A stretch of 64,000 nucleotides of DNA from Candidatus Hydrothermarchaeota archaeon. Lineage in GTDB: Archaea > CAYFZR01. Shown here piece by piece: positions 1-9,364 of this stretch. The DNA lies in NCBI GenBank assembly GCA_046760505.1, contig JBHIEG010000006.1, forward strand, positions 20,924 through 84,923. The letters run 5' to 3'. A model generated the notes under the pieces. It was not told the DNA's origin. It saw nothing but the letters and a program-made list of their open reading frames with translations, and did no database searches. Position numbers and translations under genes: made by a program. Within the stretch, counting starts at the first letter, position 1; each line of letters starts with the position of its first letter.

Positions 1-312
1 CTCAAATGTGAGTGTGAAAAGATTTTTTTTCTCGTCAGATTCAATTTTCAAGAGGTCTTCTGGCTGAGCTCTTCTTAGAATTGTCTTTAGTCTCTCTAAA
101 TCCAGACCAATGACCCTTTCTTCGTCGATTTCGTATTTATCAAAGGCTTCTTTGTGCAGGTCTAGCATTATCATTGCCACGTGAGGGGGATCCATGGCGC
201 GTACCTTAATTCCTTCTTCAGTTATGTGGAATGCACCTTCATCAATTATCTGCGAAATAGCGTCTATTACAAGTCTAAACGTCTTTATATCATTAATATC
301 TATTCTAAACAA
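1..312 (-). CDS. pcn: DNA polymerase sliding clamp PCNA (3' end truncated by window edge)
   Basis: Manual translation from TTG at 312 (SD GGAGGT upstream): MFRIDINDIKTFRLVIDAISQIIDEGAFHITEEGIKVRAMDPPHVAMIMLDL..., with the PCNA AMDPxHVAM motif; sits in the known tfs-pcn neighbourhood; not in the ORF track. Confidence 0.95.
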   Translation of the reverse strand, partial: MFRIDINDIKTFRLVIDAISQIIDEGAFHITEEGIKVRAMDPPHVAMIMLDLHKEAFDKYEIDEERVIGLDLERLKTILRRAQPEDLLKIESDEKKNLFTLTFE

Positions 313-648
313 TTAATTACCTCCCATTGCTTTCTTGAAAATTTCTACTGCGCGTTTATAGAGATCAAAATCTAAATTTTCCATTAATTGTATAGCTTCA
401 CCCCTTATTTCTACTTTTTCCCCTATCAAAGGTGTTCCAAAAACCCTGACAAAATCTTTTACATTCACTTCGGGAGAGAAATCAAACCTCACTAGAACAG
501 AGCCGCTTCCATCATCTAGTAAGATTGAATTTGTCTCTTCTTCTTTGTAGAGAACTACACCAAACAACATAACCCTAGAGTCATCCTCTATTTCATTTAT
601 CTTAATCATTTTGGCAGGCAGTTTCCAGTCTTTAAAAGATTTTGACAC
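313..648 (-). CDS. Small OB-fold protein, replication protein A small-subunit-like
   Basis: LLDDGSG...VRVFG OB-fold pattern; probable GTG start overlapping the tfs stop. Confidence 0.75.
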   Translation of the reverse strand: MSKSFKDWKLPAKMIKINEIEDDSRVMLFGVVLYKEEETNSILLDDGSGSVLVRFDFSPEVNVKDFVRVFGTPLIGEKVEIRGEAIQLMENLDFDLYKRAVEIFKKAMGGN

Positions 649-980
649 TAGTATTCCCTCCAAGTATAATGACACTTGCTACATCTATAAAATCTTGTCT
701 CTGGCTCATCGCTAGATCTAGTTTGCCTAATCCACCAGTAAGCAGTGTCGTTTCCACATTCCTTGCATGGGATCTTTGTACTTGGCAGCGCGGGGACTTC
801 TTCGATTACTGGAATCTTTTCTTCTCTTCCCAATTTGTTGTCTTCAGACCTGTATTCTTTCCGTATGTGCGCATATTTATTTGAGATTTCTCGTGAGTCA
901 CATCTGCGACAATAAAGTATTACTTTCTCCTCTTCTTTTGTAATCTCCATCAATGTTCCGCATTGTTTGCAGAATTCCAT
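648..980 (-). CDS. tfs: Transcription factor S (TFS, RpoM-like)
   Basis: Two Zn ribbons (CKQC/CRRC and CKEC/CSKC) and the QTRSSDEPET motif. Confidence 0.95.
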   Translation of the reverse strand: MEFCKQCGTLMEITKEEEKVILYCRRCDSREISNKYAHIRKEYRSEDNKLGREEKIPVIEEVPALPSTKIPCKECGNDTAYWWIRQTRSSDEPETRFYRCSKCHYTWREY

Positions 981-1399
981 CTAAACACCTTAAAATCCTC
1001 TACAATTTTGCCGTGGTCAAACGCTAATTCAGGGAGATCTTCTATGTTGAACCATTTTGCCTCACTTGCATCTGTAGTTGGTAAAAATTCTTGAGTAATT
1101 GGCTCGAGCACATAAACAATGGAGACCATATGTCCCCTGGGATCCCTCTTTGGATCAGAGTAGACCCCAAATAGCATGTCTATTTTGCAATCCAAGCCAG
1201 TCTCTTCCTTGACTTCTCTTAAAACTGCTTTCTCTACACTTTCTCCGCATTCTACAAATCCGCCGGGAAGTGCCCAGGATCCTTTGTAGGGTTCTTTTTT
1301 CCGTTTTATTAGTACTATCTCGTTTTCCTTTAAGACAATTCCATCTACTGTTAGGGCAGGAGCCTTAAATTTGCCGCAAACACATGGACATTTAATCAT
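950..1399 (-). CDS. NUDIX hydrolase (ADP-ribose pyrophosphatase-like)
   Basis: Nudix box GGFVECGESVEKAVLREVKEETGL; RDPRGH; LAFDH. Confidence 0.92.
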   Translation of the reverse strand: MIKCPCVCGKFKAPALTVDGIVLKENEIVLIKRKKEPYKGSWALPGGFVECGESVEKAVLREVKEETGLDCKIDMLFGVYSDPKRDPRGHMVSIVYVLEPITQEFLPTTDASEAKWFNIEDLPELAFDHGKIVEDFKVFRWNSANNAEH

Positions 1400-1827
1400 G
1401 GAATTAACCTCTTTACCTTAAGCAAGATGAGTTTCAAATAACCGACTTTTGGGATGGATATTATTACTTTCCCTATTATCCAGTCCGGCTTAACCTTCCA
1501 TGGATCTGCTTGCTTATTGTGGTCCCCCCTCGTCCTAAGGGTATTGTCAGGGTAAATTTTGGTGACGCGATGCACTATTGGTATAGAGAATCCAGGCGGT
1601 CTAAAAACTATGATGTCTCCCTCTTTTATGGTTGTAATGTTCGCTCCTTTGACAATAAGTAGATCTCCCGGATAGTAGACTGGAATCATACTGTCACTTG
1701 CTACAGCAACCATTGGCGTTTCTGTATTGAGTGCATATGAAAGCCCTTGGTTGAAAAAGAAGCCTACTAGTATGCCTATTATTGCATATAACAAAATCTC
1801 CTTTACAGTACCCTTCTTATTTTCCAT
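1396..1827 (-). CDS. sec11: Signal peptidase I, archaeal Sec11 type
   Basis: N-terminal TM; SDSMIP, IVHRV, TRGDHN...D motifs. Confidence 0.92.
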   Translation of the reverse strand: MENKKGTVKEILLYAIIGILVGFFFNQGLSYALNTETPMVAVASDSMIPVYYPGDLLIVKGANITTIKEGDIIVFRPPGFSIPIVHRVTKIYPDNTLRTRGDHNKQADPWKVKPDWIIGKVIISIPKVGYLKLILLKVKRLIP

Positions 1828-2418
1828 TTATGCTCGCCCCATGGATTCTCCAAGCGTGACTCCTCTCGCTATTATATGTGCTAGCCTTATAGGCTCTGGA
1901 ACGACCCCTCTGTAAAGGGAAAGTTTAACCAGATTTATGGCTGCTTCTTTAGATACGCCGTAAGATTGGAGGTATATCTTGCTTCTTTTGTAGTTAAATA
2001 TAAATATGTTCCCGGCTCTCTTTACTCTATCCCATCTTTTCTTTGCATCATCAAACTGCTCTAGAGCCTTCTTCATAGATTCCATGTCTGGTTTCTTCCT
2101 CATAACTACAATAATTGGTAATTCCGTCTTTTCACCAAGTTCTGTGATGTCTACTATGTTAAATCCTCCTAAAGTGATTCCTTTGAGCATTATTACTCTA
2201 ATCTGTTCGTAGTGTCTCGAATTTAGGACAAGGGAAGTAAGTCTTTCTGTTGCATCATCTCCATCTACTGTAACTTTTGTGCTTATGACTCCATCCAAGT
2301 GATGTTTTCTCGTTACCGCTCCCACAACGAGAACTTCTTTGTCATCAAATGTGAATGGCGCATCATCGAATCCCAACATCCTTATTTCTTCTTTTATATG
2401 GGAAAAATCAGTTGTCAT
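1828..2418 (-). CDS. DUF99 family protein (endonuclease V-like)
   Basis: LGFDDAPF, VDGDDAT, GITLGGFNIVD, PEPIRLAH motifs; start adjusted to MTTDF. Confidence 0.88.
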   Translation of the reverse strand: MTTDFSHIKEEIRMLGFDDAPFTFDDKEVLVVGAVTRKHHLDGVISTKVTVDGDDATERLTSLVLNSRHYEQIRVIMLKGITLGGFNIVDITELGEKTELPIIVVMRKKPDMESMKKALEQFDDAKKRWDRVKRAGNIFIFNYKRSKIYLQSYGVSKEAAINLVKLSLYRGVVPEPIRLAHIIARGVTLGESMGRA

Positions 2419-3106
2419 TTTTTTCAATAGCCTCCTTGATGGCTTTTTCGATCGCATTCATGTGAAACTTTCCAGCAAGATGTATTGGACTTTCCCCCTT
2501 AACTATATCCATGCCTCTTTTTGACCTACATGGATAGTACTGAGTGTATAATCCGGCAAGTCTTGGTGCCTGACTTACATCTTTTCCCACTAAATTTTCA
2601 GCTACGAACCATGATGCCCCACATGGAGATCCTTTAATCACTGTTATTTCTTTGATGGTATCATCTTCTAACTTTATCTTGTACTTTGGGAAGCCAAATT
2701 CCTTTGCGAATCTATCGTATTCTTTTATTCCTTTGGGAACGAGACTGCAGCATGTAAGAGGTACTATTATGCTAAGGTCTTTCCTCTTATTTTTAAGGTA
2801 GAGCGCGGATTCATCTTCCTTTGGTATCAAAAATGTTTTAACTCCCTGTTTTGATCCGATGTCTACTATGTATGATGTAAGGTCAGGGTGTAGAGAATAG
2901 GTGAAAACCATGTCCACATCTTTGAAGTAATCGGGAAAATCCTCAGGAAAATATTCCTCTGGATGCTCTATAAAGGAGGGAACTTCTTTGGGAAGTGAGA
3001 ACTTTTTAACAACCGAGACATTTCTTCCATATTTATTTATGGTCTCTTCAACTCTTTCTCCGTACTTGCCACGCAAAATAAGAAGTATTTTTAATTTATC
3101 CACCAA
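2408..3106 (-). CDS. DUF166 family protein
   Basis: LHPDLT, CCSL, FGFP, SPCGASWFVA, YPCR, IHLAG motifs. Confidence 0.8.
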   Translation of the reverse strand: MVDKLKILLILRGKYGERVEETINKYGRNVSVVKKFSLPKEVPSFIEHPEEYFPEDFPDYFKDVDMVFTYSLHPDLTSYIVDIGSKQGVKTFLIPKEDESALYLKNKRKDLSIIVPLTCCSLVPKGIKEYDRFAKEFGFPKYKIKLEDDTIKEITVIKGSPCGASWFVAENLVGKDVSQAPRLAGLYTQYYPCRSKRGMDIVKGESPIHLAGKFHMNAIEKAIKEAIEKNDN

Positions 3107-3842
3107 TAGACCTCAGTATAGCCTTTATCGACTCAACTGAGATGGAATTTTTATTTAGATCGTATGGAGACTTTCCTTGGATATCAGCATTTACAATGTT
3201 CTCATCGTAGGGAATCGATCCTAGGAGAGGCATATCAATAGAACTTTTTATGAATTCGATCTGCTCATCGTGAGTTATTTTGTTTGCTACCGCTGCAATA
3301 TTTTTTATTCCGATCCCTTTGGACAATTCTTTTATCCTGTTTGCCGTGTCTATGGATCTTTGTCCAGGCTCAACTATCACTACCATCAAATCAACATTTT
3401 CAGCTGTTCTTCTTCCCAGATGCTCTATGCCTGCTTCCATGTCCAGGATCACCCAGTCTTCCTCCTTCAGTATTAGATGTCTAAGTAATGCGCGTAGAAA
3501 TGTACTTTCTGGACATACACACCCTGATCCACCGGTTTCAACCGTACCCATAACAAGAAGCCTTATTTTGTTCTTTTTTATGCTAAAATTATCCAAGACA
3601 TCATTTACCTTTGGATTCAGCCTGTATAGACCAGATCCCATCACGGTTCTTTCTTCTATCAACTCTTTTAGCTTTGAGACCGGGGTTGGTAATTCTGAGA
3701 TTCCAAGGCTTGTGTGCAAGTTCATATCCGGATCTGCATCTATTGCTATTACATTCTTTCCTTCTTCGTCAAGTATTCTTGCAAGTATTCCGGAAAAGGT
3801 TGTTTTGCCGGTCCCCCCTTTACCGGCGACTGCAATTTTCAA
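3096..3842 (-). CDS. cooC: CODH nickel-insertion ATPase CooC
   Basis: GKGGTGKT, DADPD, GCVC Ni motif, DMEAGIEHLGR. Confidence 0.93.
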   Translation of the reverse strand: MKIAVAGKGGTGKTTFSGILARILDEEGKNVIAIDADPDMNLHTSLGISELPTPVSKLKELIEERTVMGSGLYRLNPKVNDVLDNFSIKKNKIRLLVMGTVETGGSGCVCPESTFLRALLRHLILKEEDWVILDMEAGIEHLGRRTAENVDLMVVIVEPGQRSIDTANRIKELSKGIGIKNIAAVANKITHDEQIEFIKSSIDMPLLGSIPYDENIVNADIQGKSPYDLNKNSISVESIKAILRSIGG

Positions 3843-3870
3843 AAGATCACCTAAATTTAATAAAAAAAGG

Positions 3871-5271
3871 TTACTTCAGTTCCAAAGTCGATACAAGCTT
3901 TGGTATTCCGCTAGAATCCCTTGGACCTACCACTACTTTCCAACCGGATATGTCTTCAAGTTCTCCCGTTATACGCGCGGCCATTCCAGGTATTACAATA
4001 GTCCTGTGTTTTACCTTCTCCTCTATTTTTGTCTCGTCCATTGTCTCCTTAACCCTTGACGCATTTAATTGCCCCCCTGCAACCGCAGATTCTACGCCAA
4101 TTCCCTCTGTATCTACAACAAGGAGCCAACAGTCTATGTTTCCAGATTCTATATCACTTGCTACCGTGTAGTAAGTGAGCGCAAAGTTCGTGGTGAACAT
4201 GACCGGAGACATATCTGTTGGCGATCCTATTTCCTTCAATCCAGGTTCTACGGATACGGGTCTTCTGGGGTCTGTGTATAGGTTCTCCCTAAGCGTTATC
4301 AACGGTATGATCATCCAAGGCTCGATGCAATGGAGTATCATGAGATCACTAAAGTTTACTAAACAAATATTAGATACAATAGCCTCTAAATTTGCTTTTG
4401 TAATATCATCTCCTTCCGTTAACCATGCAACTGCTGGAACTGTCATTAGTGGAAATCCTAAGTCTTTTTGTCCTTCCTCTATGGCTGCTCTTCTTAGCAT
4501 TACCAGATTGTTTACCGTGGTGCTTATTCCTTCTCCTTGAGGGTATGTTCCGGGATCCAATACGATTTCTTCAATTCCCATTGCTAGTAAGGCTCTCGTA
4601 ATAGATCTCATTAATTCAAGGTCATTTGGAGCGAATACCGCCAAAGGCACGTTGTATTTTAGCGCTAACTTGCCGACTTCCTCCCAATTTTCCCTTGTTG
4701 CAGCGTATATCAAAGGCCTTCTATCCTTAACAACTTCTAAGCCCGCTTCTAAGATTTTGGGATCGAATGAACAGAGTATTAGCGGTATTTTCACATTATC
4801 TGCAACTGTTTTCACTGCCTTCTTGAATTTTTCTGCATCTTTGCTCACGCTTCTTATGGCAACCATTTCTAACTTCAATATCATCCCTATGTATTCCTTT
4901 GTAAAGTCCTGAGCAAACTTGGAACGCTTTATTATCTCATCTTCTTTCATTTCATCCGTAACTTCTATTGCTATGGCTGTTTTGTTATAATATGTTAATT
5001 CATGTCTGTAGAGTACTTCTTCTCCTCCTATGAGAACCTGATTATCACCAACTCCTACTCTCACTAACGAAACAAGAGGTGCAAGGTAATCCTTTAGTTT
5101 CTCAAGTTTTTCCTTATATTTTGGCTCCTTCATGTATGGACAGTCTTCTATATCCTTTGTGCGTTCAATCAATTGGGCTGCGAATGCCATACATGTGTTG
5201 AATCCGCAATCTCCACAGTTTGTTTGAGGAAGAAACTGATATGCTTCCAGAGGGCTTTTTACCTTAACCAT
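3871..5271 (-). CDS. cdhE: ACDS complex gamma subunit (corrinoid Fe-S protein large subunit)
   Basis: LPQTNCGDCGFNTCMAFA...CP Fe-S motif; TTNFALTY; VVGPRDSS. Confidence 0.97.
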   Translation of the reverse strand: MVKVKSPLEAYQFLPQTNCGDCGFNTCMAFAAQLIERTKDIEDCPYMKEPKYKEKLEKLKDYLAPLVSLVRVGVGDNQVLIGGEEVLYRHELTYYNKTAIAIEVTDEMKEDEIIKRSKFAQDFTKEYIGMILKLEMVAIRSVSKDAEKFKKAVKTVADNVKIPLILCSFDPKILEAGLEVVKDRRPLIYAATRENWEEVGKLALKYNVPLAVFAPNDLELMRSITRALLAMGIEEIVLDPGTYPQGEGISTTVNNLVMLRRAAIEEGQKDLGFPLMTVPAVAWLTEGDDITKANLEAIVSNICLVNFSDLMILHCIEPWMIIPLITLRENLYTDPRRPVSVEPGLKEIGSPTDMSPVMFTTNFALTYYTVASDIESGNIDCWLLVVDTEGIGVESAVAGGQLNASRVKETMDETKIEEKVKHRTIVIPGMAARITGELEDISGWKVVVGPRDSSGIPKLVSTLELK

Positions 5272-5283
5272 CCTTGATACCTC

Positions 5284-6582
5284 CTAAAACCGGGCTGATA
5301 CCCAGTCTGTTATCTCTGGATATTCCTTCTCCAGCATTCCTGCTAGTTGAAGGCAGGTCTCTTTCAGGGTTTTGACTGCAAACGGATGCATCATCATGAA
5401 TAGATCCCCCCCTGCCAAAGCGAGGGTCAGTCCTGTTACAACTTCCCACAGAGGACCTCTCAGTTCTCTTGGCCCCCATTCCTCTCCTTCAACGGGAGAT
5501 TGTTTCATCCAAGCCTCTCTTGCTCCCCAGGCATTTGTAGTTCCGCTGGACATCGGGAAGTTTAGGTCTCTATCCCCCTTCAAACCGCTTATTCTTATCC
5601 TTTGCATGTTTGTAAAGGCATAATCCAATCCATAACCCAGAGCTGCTGTAGTAGGGTCCATAATTATCTGGTCTCTTGGAACTCCCTCTCTAAACAAGTA
5701 TCTGTTTAGCGTTTTTTGATTGTTTATATCTAGCTGCGTCCATGATAAAACGACGTGCCCATAGTCTATTGCTGCCTTGGCAACTCTCTTATAATCTAGA
5801 TTTAGGCTTGCAGATGCTAATAGAACTCTTTCTCCTTCCGCAACTTTTGCTGCTTCTTCTAAAACTTCTGGATCTTTCTCCGGAACTCCAGATCCCCCTA
5901 CCACGATTGGCACCTTAACCGCTTGTAGTATATCTTCAACAACCTTTGCAGCCTCTTTAGAAGGCGTATCTTTTATAGCGGGATCTGTGGAGATAAGGTG
6001 TATCGTTACCATATCGGCGCCAAATTCCTTTACACACTTCTTTGCCCAATCAGATGGGTCTTCCATCACATCCTCTATGGTTGCCTTAACAGGTCCTGCT
6101 AAGGGAATGGGCATATCAAAAACGTCTACTGTTACTACCGGAACGTTAGGATTTTTTGCCTCGAAGTTGTAAAATGGCAGAGTTTTATGACCTCCTACCT
6201 TAATTACATAGTCTCTTGTTCCGCCATCTGATTTTGTCGCGCCAAGTGTTATCTCTTCTATCTCCTGTAGCCATTTTACCTTTGGAATCTCAAATGTGGC
6301 TGGCTCTAAGGTAACCTTAGGTACTTCAGGAACGGCTTCAGGAGCAGTAGGAACGGTTGGAATGGTTATACTTACTCCTGTGAGTTCCTGCAAACTTTGA
6401 GCCAGTAGTTGTGCGTAATAAGCTACTTTATAGAGTGCAGGTGGAATCTGCATCTGGCCTGGCTCAATTTCAATGACCATCTCGCCATCTTCTCCTAGTT
6501 CTATGGTCACATCTTCTAGTTCTTCAATATTAAATGTCTCTAAGATTTTTAAAAGCTCTGAGAGGTCGATTTTTTCCTCCAA
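5284..6582 (-). CDS. cdhD: ACDS complex delta subunit (CFeSP small subunit)
   Basis: MDPTTAALGYGLDY, TTNAWGAREAW, MMMHP. Confidence 0.97.
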   Translation of the reverse strand: MEEKIDLSELLKILETFNIEELEDVTIELGEDGEMVIEIEPGQMQIPPALYKVAYYAQLLAQSLQELTGVSITIPTVPTAPEAVPEVPKVTLEPATFEIPKVKWLQEIEEITLGATKSDGGTRDYVIKVGGHKTLPFYNFEAKNPNVPVVTVDVFDMPIPLAGPVKATIEDVMEDPSDWAKKCVKEFGADMVTIHLISTDPAIKDTPSKEAAKVVEDILQAVKVPIVVGGSGVPEKDPEVLEEAAKVAEGERVLLASASLNLDYKRVAKAAIDYGHVVLSWTQLDINNQKTLNRYLFREGVPRDQIIMDPTTAALGYGLDYAFTNMQRIRISGLKGDRDLNFPMSSGTTNAWGAREAWMKQSPVEGEEWGPRELRGPLWEVVTGLTLALAGGDLFMMMHPFAVKTLKETCLQLAGMLEKEYPEITDWVSARF

Positions 6583-7347
6583 CTAATATACCTCCTCAAG
6601 TTTATTCAGTATATCTTTAATCGCCAACATAGAGGGTGAATCTTCAGGCAATTCAACCACAGGTTTTCCTTCAAGATCATAAAGGGAAACATTCTTGTCT
6701 TCCGGTATTACTCCAATAACCTCCAATCCAAGTTCATTTGCTTTTTTTCTTAAACTCTCTTCCATCCCCGGCAGTACTCGATTTAGAATTACCGCCATAT
6801 AATCAAACTTTATTTCAAGTTCTTTCGCTAGCTCTTTAATTCTTTCTGCTGTTTTTAAGCCTTTAACTGTAGGATCTGTAACTACCAGCAGGATATCAAC
6901 GTCTCTTGTTGTTCTTCTACTCATGTGTTCGAGTCCAGCTTCAGTATCTATTACAGTGATATCGTAGTGTCTGGCGAATTTGTCTATTATGTCTCTCAGC
7001 ATATGATTTACAAGACAATAGCATCCAGGACCTTCTGGTCTTCCCATTACCAAGAGATCAAATTTTGGCCCCTCAACAACTATCTCCATTATTTTTCCTT
7101 CTAGTAGGACGTCTTTTGAAGTTCCTGGTGGAAGCGATCGAAAGTCATCGGAGATTTTTTCTCTTATATCACCCACAGTTTTCTCAAATTCAATACCCAA
7201 TGCCTCTGGCAAGTTGGAGTCAGCGTCGGCATCAACTGCCAAGATAGATTTGGAATTTTTACTCAGTAAATGAATTAAACTAGCCGAAACGAATGTTTTT
7301 CCGGTACCTCCTTTACCAGAGACGGCTATTACTGTACCTTTCTTCAA
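6583..7347 (-). CDS. cooC: CooC/AcsF nickel-insertion ATPase (second copy)
   Basis: GKGGTGKT, GRPEGPGCYC, DTEAGLEH. Confidence 0.93.
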   Translation of the reverse strand: MKKGTVIAVSGKGGTGKTFVSASLIHLLSKNSKSILAVDADADSNLPEALGIEFEKTVGDIREKISDDFRSLPPGTSKDVLLEGKIMEIVVEGPKFDLLVMGRPEGPGCYCLVNHMLRDIIDKFARHYDITVIDTEAGLEHMSRRTTRDVDILLVVTDPTVKGLKTAERIKELAKELEIKFDYMAVILNRVLPGMEESLRKKANELGLEVIGVIPEDKNVSLYDLEGKPVVELPEDSPSMLAIKDILNKLEEVY

Positions 7348-7375
7348 GATGTTTCCCCTGGAAATTTGAGAGACC

Positions 7376-8821
7376 TTACTTGGTCTCTCTCTTTACAATT
7401 ACTTTGTCTATGTGTATTTTTGCGCCTTTCAGTACCAGTCTTATTGTTCCCCCTGCAATAGGCATTCCTGCTGGAACCGTTGGCATGCTCGGGGCTGTAA
7501 CCTGCATTTCCGGCATTGGAGTTACCCCCGGTGTAGGAGTTGGAGGCGCCTCAGGTGCTGGAGCTTCTTCTGGAGGAACCTCTTCAGGAACTTCCTCTAC
7601 CCAGGAAGCCACTACTGGATGACCTCTTTCCTTGAGGAATGCCTTTAGTTCCTCTATATCCTTCACATCTTCTTCTGTAGCGATCTTATCTACAAGATCT
7701 TCAGGTATCGCATCCTGTACTCTGTCTTTAAGAGCTTTTGGGAGCCAAACCGTTTTACTCCAACCACCATCTGCCATAAGGAATTTTGGCGATCTGAAGT
7801 ATTCTATTCCTATTCCTAGGAAGCCTGGAACCTGTTTTCCCCCTCCTGTTTGACCAGCCATCGTTGAGAAAGGCAGGCCATTTACGGTTACTCCCTTGAA
7901 GTCTCTGTGAACCCAGCCGAATCCATCTACTTCTGGTATGTAGAAACCTATAACTTCAAAACATCCGCAAGATGTATGAGGATATTGCATAAAGCTGTGG
8001 AGCCATATTCTATCATATTCTCCTCCGGAAAGGGTTACAGCGGCCTCATTTACCCCGGAGTATTCACCTACTTCTGCATTCAGTAGCTCTCCTTTTGGTA
8101 TTACCTTCATAGGTCCTTCTGGATCTACTTTGGCAGCGGCTCTTCCGTCAAACCATGTCATGGCTCCGCAAAGAGAAACCCTGTCTGGCGTAATCACGCA
8201 TACATTCGTTGGAGCAAAAGATTGACAGAGAGTACATCCATAAAATGTATCCACGTCCTCCTCGCTTAACTCCCTAGTTCTTGCGTCCCTCTCCTCATAT
8301 GCCTTCATGGCTTCTGGCATTCTCTTTTCCACTTCATCCTTGTCGGTAATGTATATGGCTTCTATCTTTTCTATGAAGGGCAACTCTTGTTTAAACAGAA
8401 ACATTGTGGCTTGAGCAATCTGTTTTAAGGACTTGAGTCCTTTTTTGATCGCGTCTTTACTTATCCTTATCCAGATATCATATCTTTGGTTTAAATGCAT
8501 GTAACCTTGGATGAAGTTCTGAAACTCGTGATTTCTTCTCTCAATTACGGATTCAAGGTCTTTTTCAACCATTTCCCCTGCTACCTTGTATATCATGGCA
8601 AAAGGATATCTTCCGCCTTCTTCCATATCTTCCAAATCTGGTCCGATTAGGGTAACCCTGTAGTCTTCTATCTCATCCATCGAAGCAGCTTGAACAAGTT
8701 CAAAACCTATTCCTTTAGGACCTGCTAATTCCACGTACATGTCTTCCCCTCTGATTCTCTCCCCCTCGTACATAGGGCTCATATCAAACGGGAAAACGTC
8801 CGCAGTAATTTCTTCAGCCAT
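7376..8821 (-). CDS. cdhC: ACDS complex beta subunit (acetyl-CoA synthase)
   Basis: CTLCQSFAPTNVC, SLCGA, HTSCGCFE A-cluster ligands; Pro-rich C-terminal linker. Confidence 0.97.
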   Translation of the reverse strand: MAEEITADVFPFDMSPMYEGERIRGEDMYVELAGPKGIGFELVQAASMDEIEDYRVTLIGPDLEDMEEGGRYPFAMIYKVAGEMVEKDLESVIERRNHEFQNFIQGYMHLNQRYDIWIRISKDAIKKGLKSLKQIAQATMFLFKQELPFIEKIEAIYITDKDEVEKRMPEAMKAYEERDARTRELSEEDVDTFYGCTLCQSFAPTNVCVITPDRVSLCGAMTWFDGRAAAKVDPEGPMKVIPKGELLNAEVGEYSGVNEAAVTLSGGEYDRIWLHSFMQYPHTSCGCFEVIGFYIPEVDGFGWVHRDFKGVTVNGLPFSTMAGQTGGGKQVPGFLGIGIEYFRSPKFLMADGGWSKTVWLPKALKDRVQDAIPEDLVDKIATEEDVKDIEELKAFLKERGHPVVASWVEEVPEEVPPEEAPAPEAPPTPTPGVTPMPEMQVTAPSMPTVPAGMPIAGGTIRLVLKGAKIHIDKVIVKRETK

Positions 8822-8833
8822 TTTTACGCCTCC

Positions 8834-9361
8834 TTAGAGGTTTTCTATCACCTCTTTTAATTCTTTTTCCCAATCTTCATCGCTCATATTGCCGAAAGAC
8901 ATCGTAGCGTTGGGATGGTAGTACTTATCAAGGGTTAAGGTTCTCATCTTCCCGAAGTGTTTTAGACACTGCAACATGAGCGATTGTTGATAGTATAACC
9001 CCCCCACGTAGGCTACTACGTCGTATGGTCCGTTGCCATCTAAACCTTGCCATTCATCATCTCTGAGTAAATTTGTTATTTCTAGAATTCCCATAGATTT
9101 TGCATTCACTCCCCTATCCTTAAATTCCCTTACCATGTGAGCAGTTGCTATGATTGGAATGTTTTTTTTCTTCGCTATTTCGATTATGTAATCTATCAGT
9201 TTCTTTTCATTCAATTCGTACAGTATTTGAGATCCTGCTACGATCAACGGTCTTTTTGCCTTGGAAAGTAATTTGCCTAGGGTCTTTCCATCCGTGGCTC
9301 TCGCTGTAACCGGACCTACTATGTTTGCTCTCTCCCAAGGGGTAGCATCTATTTTTGCCAT
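8834..9361 (-). CDS. cdhB: ACDS complex epsilon subunit
   Basis: AKRPLIVAG, WQGLDGNGPYD, YHPNATMSF; operon position. Confidence 0.95.
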   Translation of the reverse strand: MAKIDATPWERANIVGPVTARATDGKTLGKLLSKAKRPLIVAGSQILYELNEKKLIDYIIEIAKKKNIPIIATAHMVREFKDRGVNAKSMGILEITNLLRDDEWQGLDGNGPYDVVAYVGGLYYQQSLMLQCLKHFGKMRTLTLDKYYHPNATMSFGNMSDEDWEKELKEVIENL

Positions 9362-9364
9362 ATG

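Noticed and set aside
7490-7600. Short repeats in cdhC (and at 47800-47880)
   Set aside because: They encode Pro/Ala/Glu-rich linkers and are not DNA repeat elements
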